Shown piece after piece: positions 54,691 through 64,000 of a stretch of DNA of 64,000 nucleotides; positions within the stretch are counted from its first letter, which is position 1; every line of letters begins with the position of its first letter. The notes under the pieces are model-generated. The model worked only from the letters and a program-made list of their open reading frames with translations. It had not been told where the DNA came from and made no database searches. This stretch comes from Geosiphon pyriformis uo1 (Eukaryota > Fungi > Glomeromycota), in the NCBI GenBank assembly GCA_016748015.1, contig JAAOMT010000139.1:1-64000 (forward strand), given 5' to 3'. Both the position numbers and the translations under genes were made by a program.

Positions 54691-56595
54691 TCAAAAGAGC
54701 AAAGGTAACACATTATCTTCAAATTCGTCACCCACCCAATCACTTTGTAACTCGTGCAATTTTGCTTCTGCTTGACTCTGCTCAACTACATATCTAACCA
54801 TAGTGTCGTAAAGCCAGTCAAGAACAGAAGCTTCTTTAGCATTCCCCACAAGAGTACTACTGTTATCAAGTAAAAATGAATAACAAGATGATTCATCTTC
54901 CTCACTAAGGGCAACAGGAGGTTCTATATTGAATGATGATACAGCTTTACAATTTTCAAGACTTTCGACTTCATTGACACTCGTTTGTGAGGTGAAGGTC
55001 TCGGGTAGATCTTGCGTTTGAATTGGTTTTGTGTAAGGTTTCTCTAACAAAGAAGCACTCAAATATAACCCAGGGACCATCTCGGTCGGTGATAAGCTAG
55101 AAACAGCGTGGCAAAATAAAGCTGTGAGATGTCTCATGAGTGTTGAGACTAAAAGATATGCTACCCAAGCCTTTTGACCATCTTCACCGAAAACAAAGGA
55201 TTGATTAGCCCAGTTATATTCATCCATATGCTGTGATTTATCTTGAAGCAAATGCTTGTCAAGACTGAATTCTGGAATAAAGGTGGTCTGTACTCTGACA
55301 CGACCATCTTGCCAAGATTTTTGTGCTCGGGATGGAGAAGAGGGTGTGTCCTTGTTAACATTGGGAATAACAAGAAGACGATTTGCGGAGGAGGAGGTTG
55401 ATGACGACGACGACGACGACGACGATGATGGAGTTCCAGGACTTTTTATAGAATTAACGCGAGTGTTACTATGATTACTATTGTTTTTAACATTAGCAGC
55501 TAAGGTGACACCATTATTTCCCTCTTTGGAAATTGAAGAAACATGTGGAGGTGAAGGCGGAGATGCGATAACAGATTTTGAATTCTTTCTCTGTCGCTTG
55601 CGCAATTCTTTTACTTCTTCTTGTAATTTTGTATTTTCCTCTTGTAAGTGTGCAAGTGCCTGTCGCAACAAATTAATTTCTTCTTGTTGTTCTTGATTGG
55701 TAGTCTCAAGATTACCTATATATTCTGAAATGAGATAAAAACCATATTAGCAAACGCTAATGAATTTTTGAGTTCAATTGGGGCCAAAATCCATTTTACA
55801 ACTTCTAAAATCCAAACAACCATCTTTACCTTTTCTTCGAACACGGAAATTTCTTGCTGAAATCTTATTACGAAGTTGACGTCGTTCTTTTGATGTCAAC
55901 TTTTTCAATTCAACTTCAGATCTCGTATCAAGATTAGTAACAGGTGGAGAATCGGGAGAAACAATGCTACTAGCAGCACTATTTGAGCTAACCACATTAA
56001 CCGATGGGTGTGAATTAATTTGTGTTTGAGGAAGGACGGAAGAAGTTGTCAAATTAGTGACACCTAGTTTACTGTCAGTCGCAACCTCTTGTTTTATCAA
56101 AGGAAGTTTTGCCAATAACTCAGCCAACTGAGCATTTAAGACAGCTAGAGAAGGACCAACGGTAACAGGATTAACAATTGCCTGCGAATGCAATTCTTGA
56201 GTATCGGTAGGTGGAGATATTGGGGATAAAGGTGAAGGCGATAAATGATTTAATTCTATATCATTATTTGATAATACTGGACTTGATAATAAAGCGAAAT
56301 CTTGAGAAAAATCTTGGGTAATATCTTGCATCGGTGTGGGGAAAGAGTCAGGTTGTTGTTGTTGTTGATTAAGGACCTGTTGGTCAATATTATTAAGACC
56401 GGGACCTTTAGCTAGTTCTCCTTCTAAGAAGTAACGGAAAAGGTCAGAGTTGGACATTTCTCCTATATCAATATCTTCGTCCATAGAGCTGGTATTATTT
56501 CTTAGAAAGTCCAAATCGATAAAGTCATCGAAAATATCTTGAGCACCATAAGGTTGAAGTTCCTGGTCCTGTTGATTTTGTTGTGGTGAAGTCAT
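54691..56595 (-). CDS. bZIP transcription factor (2 exons)
   Basis: KLTSKERRQLRNKISARNFRVRRK|EYIGNLE plus leucine zipper. Acidic/Q-rich N-terminus. NVNKD motif. Confidence 0.93.
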
Positions 56596-57531
56596 CTCTC
56601 TTTTTAAGTCTTGACACTAAAAAGTTTTTATTAATGCTAAACTCTGTAACCAATTCGTGTCTAATGCCTTCACTTGGAGAGCTAAAAGAAATTTTTAGAG
56701 GTTTTTGCGTGACTGACGTAAAACTAGGCTGGCTCTGAATTGTAAAATATATATAACTATCCGGCGAGAGAAAAACTGGGGGGTTGTTGGGCGCAATCCA
56801 ACTCTGAGGATTAGTTTTAATTATAAGATAAATAACTGCGTATCACGTGCTTTGCCGTTTCGGAGCTTTTTTTTCCATGCAAGGTGACAAAGAAATAGCC
56901 AATTGTCAACGAAAATGTTAATCAGTTGCTTAGTAATGCTTATCAGGTTTAAAATCGCGAAATAAATATCTCTTCCCATTTCTAAGTCTACCACCTCTCC
57001 TATCAAGAATGGTTACCTGTCTTTAATGCAAAGCAAAAAGAGATCTTGAGCGACAAAAACAACTCCTCTCTCGATTTTCGACCTAGGCAATATTAAGCCA
57101 GGTGTCAATTTCAAACGATCAAGACTTAAGGCTCTATTGAAACAAACAAACCACGAAATGGTCTTAGAAATTGTAATCACCCACCGTAAAAGACTTTACC
57201 GATTTGTCTTCGACCTTTTTCTCATATACATATTTTTCCTCTACTCTGCAGCTCCAATATGGGGCGAGCGCAAACTGTTTTGCATCTCGGAATGTTGCTT
57301 TGGGGCATGCCCGCGAATATAATCAATCGATAAGGCAATCAATGAAGCATTGATTGCTAAAGAAAAAGTAATTAGGTGTAATATGAATCGATAAGGTTTA
57401 TCAGCACACTCTATCATTTCGACTCGAAAAATCTCCGAAAAACAATGACAATTCGTCCCAGAAATTTTCGAATCCACATGGAATCGTTTCTATGTCACTC
57501 CTCACCATAATCTATCGATGGTTGCTACACA

Positions 57532-58293
57532 TTGACCACCATTCTGGATAATGAAAGCCTTTTTATTTCGAAAAAAAAGAGGCATAATAATAGGTGGTCC
57601 ATTTCTCCCAAGATAATGTTGGATGGCAAGCTCACCTACTATTGCAAAATTAACGAGTGGAAGTATACGAGACATAAAAATAGCTCCACGAAACCCAAGC
57701 AGATGGCTTTGTTCATGCAGTTTCTATCGATTCCGACATTTACATGGTACTCTTCCACGAAAGGTATAGGCAAGATTTGTGAACAATTTATTGGATGTAT
57801 AGTTTGCATTTGCAACTACTTGGATGATCTCATACTCCAAAAGGATAATTTAATATTATCCTCCTCAAAATATAAGAATAAAATGGTCTGGGAACTCGAT
57901 AAGGCAATTTTTCTGATGCGACGAAAAGTTATATGTCTGCAAAGTGAAATTCACCAAAAATCAGTTAGATTCTTTATCCGCGGATTCGATACTATTATCA
58001 TTCCTCTTTTTGAAGAGTTGGACATGGTAAATCCCAAGTACACAAAAAACTGCCCAGAAAATGCTTTTTTGTGTGCCTTATCGCTTTCGACAAAGTCCGA
58101 TCACCAAGGCCGAGGAATTAAGGATTCGTGTTATTATTCAGAACAAATTTTACACATTCAAGATTTGACAACATTCAAAGAATCGGAGGGTGTATAACTA
58201 CCGGAATTATGGGATTGTGATAGATAAAGATGAAAATGGCTCTCGGGAATTTTTCTCTGGGCATTGGTTGATAGAGCCTTGGTGCTACAGTGA
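57532..58293 (+). pseudogene. Degenerate Fanzor2 / IS607-type TnpB RNA-guided nuclease remnant
   Basis: TFTWYS.TKGIGKI (after RuvC-I), LQSEIHQKSVRFF..FDTIIIPLFE (RuvC-II), then after a frameshift KTAQKML..YRFRQ..TKAEE..NKFYTFKI (=EAYTSKTC) and IDKDENGSR (RuvC-III, 58223-58246). Zn-finger cysteines are lost. Confidence 0.8.
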
Positions 58294-58866
58294 CCATGCA
58301 GGAAATAATAAGCATTACATAGCAATCCTTATTATTGATGTGTTACAATCAATAACCCTTATTAATTTCAAAATTCGCAATAATTTTAAAGTTTTAAGAG
58401 GCTAGCAGAAATTGAAGACAAGTAAAATGCGCAGTAGTTTAAGAGACGTTTATTTAGAAACGCTAAGCCAAAAGAATTTTATAGATTTGAAGCCTGGCAA
58501 AATAAAAAAGAAAGCGCTTCAAAGCCTCTTTCTTATTTAAGAATAGGTGATCCAACGTAAATCTGCCAAGTGTTTCAAGTGTCATAGATCAATGGGTTAC
58601 AAAATAGGTTTTATTACAAACGTGTAAAAGGCTTATCATTTGCCAAAGCGCAGACATTTACTAAAACTGGAAATCAAATTACCCGAAATAATCTGCTCAT
58701 AGTAACGAATTCTCGGCTCATTTACTATATTTGGATATGAACGATTCACGAAAATCTATCATACTGATTAATATGAATCTAAATGATTTAAATATTCGTA
58801 AAGTTTTGAAATGAACTTTTTTTTTTCTATGATAAATAATATTTCTTTAAATTTTGACCAATTTTA

Positions 58867-59301
58867 TTAAATTATTATTTGTTTTAATAAAATTTCATTA
58901 CAACGATAATAAAGTTTTACAGTGAGTATTGTTACCATTAAAGTGAGTATTAATATTATACCAAATAGCATATATTGAGTTTTTAGAGCTTCTTCTTCCA
59001 TATTCCTTTCATGTGCCCTTAGCAATCGTAAGGCTTCTTCTAAGACCCTTTCCCGTTCTCTCAAGTTTGCTCTCGTCCTTTCACGGAATTCGGTAATTCC
59101 TCTGATCATATCTTCAGTGTTATCGAATTCAAACGTTCTAGATGATAAATGTAAATGTAAAAGCAAAAGCAAAAGCAAATGACAAGTTAAATACCCCAGA
59201 AGCTGCATAAAGGTTATTTATCTATGGAACCTATTCATTAAATATCCTCACCTCACTCCGGCATTATAAAAGTACATGTCATCGTCTTTAGAAAGAGTCA
59301 T
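58867..59301 (-). CDS. Small coiled-coil, C-terminally anchored membrane protein (2 exons, ~106 aa)
   Basis: MTLSKDDDMYFYNAGV R|TFEF joined across a GT-AG intron. Charged helix followed by MLFGIILILTLMVTILTV. Confidence 0.6.
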
Positions 59302-60779
59302 GATTAAAAGTATCTGTTTTTGTTTCCAAAATACGTTTAAAATTTTTGAAATAACCGTTTTTTTAACTCATTCATATTCGATGGGTGGTTATATCTCATC
59401 TAAATACAAGTACATGAGTTTTTTAGCCATGAAACAAAAATTGTCTCTGTCAAAAGAGCCCTGTAAATGAGTATGGACCCTTGCCTTTGTAATCTCCTTT
59501 TTGAACCCAAATTAATTTATATAATTTGTTTATAATAATCTCAAAAGGATTGATTGATTGATTGCAAAGTCACATGTTATCCTGGTAAAATTGCGAAAAC
59601 AAAAACAATTTTGAGTAATTTTTAAAATTAATTGATTTAATATAAATCATCTCACACTTTTTTTTTTGTAAAGAGACTTCTTAAAAACTATGGCTTATTT
59701 TGAACTTTGAGAAAACTTATTTCAAAAAGTGTAGGATCAGTCAGAATCATCAGTATTAAATGTCATTTATAATTGTAAAACATTATGTAATAACCATTAT
59801 TGTAGGTGTAATAACGGAAAACCATGTTCAAATAAAAAATACGAGATCAAAAAAAAAACCAACTGGGAATCAATTAAAAAAAAAATTGGTGCTTTCTTTC
59901 GTGAAAATTATTTTTATTGAATTATTCAATTTTTGCAATTGGTTTCCCAATTTTTTTTCATTATCAAATTATTCATGATTTTTATCGAATCAAATTCTTG
60001 GGGAAAGAGATTGGTGTCCAAAAAGCTATTCAACGCAATACGCATCTCGATGAAATTTCTAAAAATTATTGCTCACATTAATTTGGAACCTAACAAAAAT
60101 TAGAAACGATGGAAAAAAATAATAATTAATTAATTTGAATTTCCTTTCAACTGGTACTTAATTGAATTTGGAGCTCAACGATAAAAAGTAAGTGTGTATT
60201 TGAGATGCAGATGGGTCACATTGGATTCGTCTTTGTTTCATTTATGATTTTTTAATTAAAGAGCGACTTGAAATTTCGAAATTTACACACAATTGGGTTC
60301 ACAAAAAGATCTTGGTAAAAACGAATGTTGTACAGTAAACGGTAAAAATTCTCAAGAAAGAGGGCATGTCCCGCAAGCATTTTTGGAAAATCTATTATTT
60401 GATAAACGTTCTGAACATCGAATTCTCCGGGAAATTAAAATAATCCAGCAATAAGAAAGATACCAAAACTGCCGAAATCTCAAGAAGTAAACCGAATTAA
60501 ACAGCTAAATTGGGCTAAAATCTACAAGCATTGCATTGAACCAAAGATTATTGACGATGTGTCCTTTGAAACCCAAGAACAGAAGTGACTTGGAAAGAGG
60601 CAGTCTTACTCCATTGAATGCTATTCCATTAGAGACAATTCTTCAATTTATTGACTCGATGCCAAAGAAATTATAAAAAATGTTATTGTAAACAGCGCCC
60701 CACCATATTTTATAAAATTATATTCTAAATATTATCTTAAATTCTTATACTTTCCTGTTGCAAGAGGTTGAGAATTCAT

Positions 60780-62310
60780 ATGTTTACTCTTCAACCCTCG
60801 AGATTTGGCTCTCTTAGAAAAACCGCTACTTTAACGGTGAGTTCCCAACGACTGTGGTGTCAAACATAAAAATGTGAAAAATAACATTCCCCCAATGGTA
60901 TAGGCTCGAACTTTATTGTTACGTGGATATGCAACCACCCAAGACATTTCTACGCTTCTTCTTGTCGAACATAAAGATAACACCGTTGCTCCATCAACTT
61001 TGAACGCACTCACGGCTGCTACAAAACTCGGTGGAACGGTTAGCGCTTTGGTTGCTGGTGGAAATCCAGATCCTATAGCCTCGACGATTTCTAAGCTTAG
61101 TGGGGTTTCAAAAGTATTTGTGGCCAAGGATAACTTATACGAACATGGTCTCCCCGAACTTTACGCTCCCTTACTAGCAGCTGCACAAAAAAAATTTAAC
61201 TTTACTCATTTGGTCGCATCGCATTCCGCTTTTGGTAAGAACATTCTACCACGGGTCGCCGCGCTGTTGGATGTTGCACCCATTTCCGATGTTATTGAAA
61301 TTGAATCTCCAGACACTTTTTTCAGACCCATCTATGCTGGTAGGTAAGACTTACCCAATTAATGCGTATTCTCCAGGAATTTGTCCGAGTAAAACAATAT
61401 TTTATTTTATTTTTAAAAACCAGGAAATGCTATTGCAAAAGTCAAGTCAAATGATCACATTAAGATTATCACCGTTCGAGGTACCGCATTTCCACCCATC
61501 TCTTCAAGTCAAGGGGAGGTTACCATTGAAGCAGCACCTGATGCCGAGAAATCCGTGTTGACTACATGGGTCAGCGAGGAATTGCAAAAAAGTGATCGAC
61601 CTGAATTAGGGTCTGCAACAAAAGTTGTTTCTGGAGGGAGAGCTTTAAAAAGTCGAGAAAATTTTGATAAACTTGTCTATGGACTAGCTGATGCTCTCGG
61701 GGCAGCTGGTGAGTATTGTTCACCTATTATCTATTTTGGGCTCATATTCAACGATCTGATGATTTTTTACAGTCGGTGGCTCCAGAGCTGCTGTTGATTC
61801 AAATTATTGTGATAATGCCTTACAGGTAATCATTCATTTATTTATTTACTTATTTTGACACACTTTAAGAAATTCACTTCACTTTCCTTGGTATTTTTTA
61901 TCCTTTTTTTCTCCTAGGTGGGACAAACAGGAAAAGTTGTTGCGCCAGGTATGAGGGGTTAAAATTATTTGCTCCAAAGGTTTTTTAAGCTTTGTCAAAT
62001 TTAAATCAATCACATAATTTGTCCTTTTTTTCTACAGAATTATATTTAGCTGTCGGAATCAGTGGTGCCATACAACATATTGCTGGAATGAAAGATAGTA
62101 AAGTAATCGCAGCTATTAATTCTGATCCCGAGGCACCCATATTCCAGGTTAGTCATTTAAGCACAATGAAGATATTTGATTTTTTAACGTATTCTTACTT
62201 TAACTATTCTAACCCAATTCAATATTTTGGAGATCTCTGATTTTGGACTTGTGACCGATTTATTTACTGCTGTCCCAGAATTGATTGAGAAGCTAAAGAA
62301 ATCAAAATGA
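60780..62310 (+). CDS. ETFA: Electron transfer flavoprotein alpha subunit (7 exons)
   Basis: Mitochondrial presequence, [59 protein letters not shown]. Confidence 0.97.
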
Positions 62311-62699
62311 TAGAATTTTCAATTTACAGCGCAAGCTCAAAAGATAATTTTTGCCAAAATTAATAATATTAAAGATATAATTAAAAAAAAAAGAATCGTC
62401 CCTCACATTATTGTTATAATAATTTTTTAAAAAGCAATTTCATTATAATACGGGTGGACTGCTACGAAACCTGATAAACTGAATGTAACTATAAAATTTA
62501 CAGGAGTTTATTTGTTTTGTTTGCTTTACTGCATTATTTATATTTATAATTTTTAGATTTAACAACATTTACCAAAATCAATGATCTTCATTTTCATTAG
62601 CCTTAATCAACTCATTTTTTTCCCATATTCTCAATTTTGCTTAAAAGATTTGGATTTTTTTACAGTGTAGGGTAAAAAACATTTAAGCAAAATCCACTA

Positions 62700-63221
62700 T
62701 TTTGCTATTAGCAATTTTAACAACAAAAACTTTATTATTAAATATCAAATGTTTTAATATCTTTATATTTTTCAAAATATTAAATGTGTTTAACCAATTT
62801 GTTTTAACATTTCAATATTTTTTAATAATTTAACTTTTATTTTAAAATCAAATAAATTTGTTTTTTTACTATATTTAAAACATAAAATATTAAGATAATA
62901 CTTATTAAAATATTTTTTTGTTTGTTGTCAGTAAAATTTTATGTGATTTTTTTATGTTGTATATTTAAAATTAACAGTTTTTTTGTTTATTAAATTTAAA
63001 TAAAAATTTTATAGTTAATAATATGTATTAAATTTTTGTTTAAAAGCTTTTTATTTTTATTTTGTATAATTTATTGTTTTGTACAATTTTTAACATAATT
63101 TATAATATTTTAAAATATTAAAACACCAAATTTATTAATAAAATAAAATATTATATATATTTTTTATTATTTTTATTATTTTTATTATTTATTATTATTT
63201 TTATTATTTATTATTTTTATT

Positions 63222-63264
<43 letters not shown>

Positions 63265-64000
63265 TTTAAATATTTTAATAAATATGATCTAATTATTATT
63301 TAGTTTATATAAATAAATAAATTATTTATAACTATATATAATTAATTACTCAAGTTAATTAAGATTATACTGTATATTTATATAAATATTAATATTGTTA
63401 TTTAATTTAAAAAAAAAAACACTTATTATACAAACCAAAACTAATTACAAAATCTTTAATAATATTAAATATATAAACAATTTTATAAAATAAATTATTT
63501 GGTAAATTACATAAACTATATAAAGCAAAATTATTATTATTAATTAAATTACTTTTTTTTATTACAATTTTATATTTAAATTTATATAACTATATTTTTT
63601 TTTGTAATCTAATATTAATTTTTATATACAAATAACCAAATATAAACAGACTAATTTAATATTTTTAAAAACTAATACAATTTTGGTAAACCAAACTTTA
63701 AAAACAAAATTTTTACAAAAAACAATATATAAAATATTATTAAAAACACAAAAAAAAATATTTGTAAAATTAAAAATAATAAAAACAATATACTTATAAC
63801 TTTTTTTTTATTTATTTATATTTTTATGTAAATTAAAGCATCTAACTTATATATAAAAACATAATTCAAAAATTTTATCTCTTTATAATAAAAACAAAAG
63901 ATATTAAAATATTATTTATCATATAAATATTTTTAAATTACAACAAATAATTATTTTTATTAAATAAATATATAAATTGAATATAAAACTTGTTAATAAA
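62700..64000. repeat. Start of another hypermutated AT-rich island with a (TTA)n tract
   Basis: C/G-stripped sequence, (TTA)-type repeat ~63160-63265, no CpG seen in 63301-63600. Confidence 0.75.

Noticed and set aside
55256-55474. Poly-Asp ORF on + strand
   Set aside because: Antisense shadow of the poly-Ser tract of the bZIP gene.
59980-60700. Coding-like composition upstream of ETFA
   Set aside because: No consistent exon chain or recognisable motif could be assembled.

Overview
Eukaryotic nuclear DNA from an early-diverging fungus. The intron-rich genes and retroelement proteins resemble Glomeromycotina, most like Geosiphon; this is recognition from memory, not a database result. The window has two compartments. 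(1) About 0.85-39.8 kb is a repeat island. It holds three decayed Ty3/Gypsy LTR elements (A on -, B nested in A, C adjacent; B and C carry a dUTPase), four copies of an APE-RT-RNaseH LINE family of very different ages, and a 2.3-kb ORF1-only, HAL1-like retroelement that shares the LINE's structured 3' tail. The older repeats have lost most C and G on both strands through transitions. The pattern is RIP-like, but it spares ApC/GpT rather than targeting CpA. (2) About 39.9-62.4 kb is a compact gene block: EFG1, CCS1, VPS68, a probable p2/AMTP2 subunit of the DNA 6mA methyltransferase complex head-to-head with a WD40 gene, aminodeoxychorismate lyase, a GT62 mannosyltransferase subunit, an F-box-like protein, a bZIP factor, a dead Fanzor2/TnpB, a small tail-anchored protein and ETF-alpha. 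Small hypermutated islands lie at 48.2-49.35 kb and 62.7-64 kb. The best candidates for undescribed biology are the repeat-directed hypermutation system and the ORF1-only retroelement/LINE pair. Boundaries inside decayed DNA are approximate.
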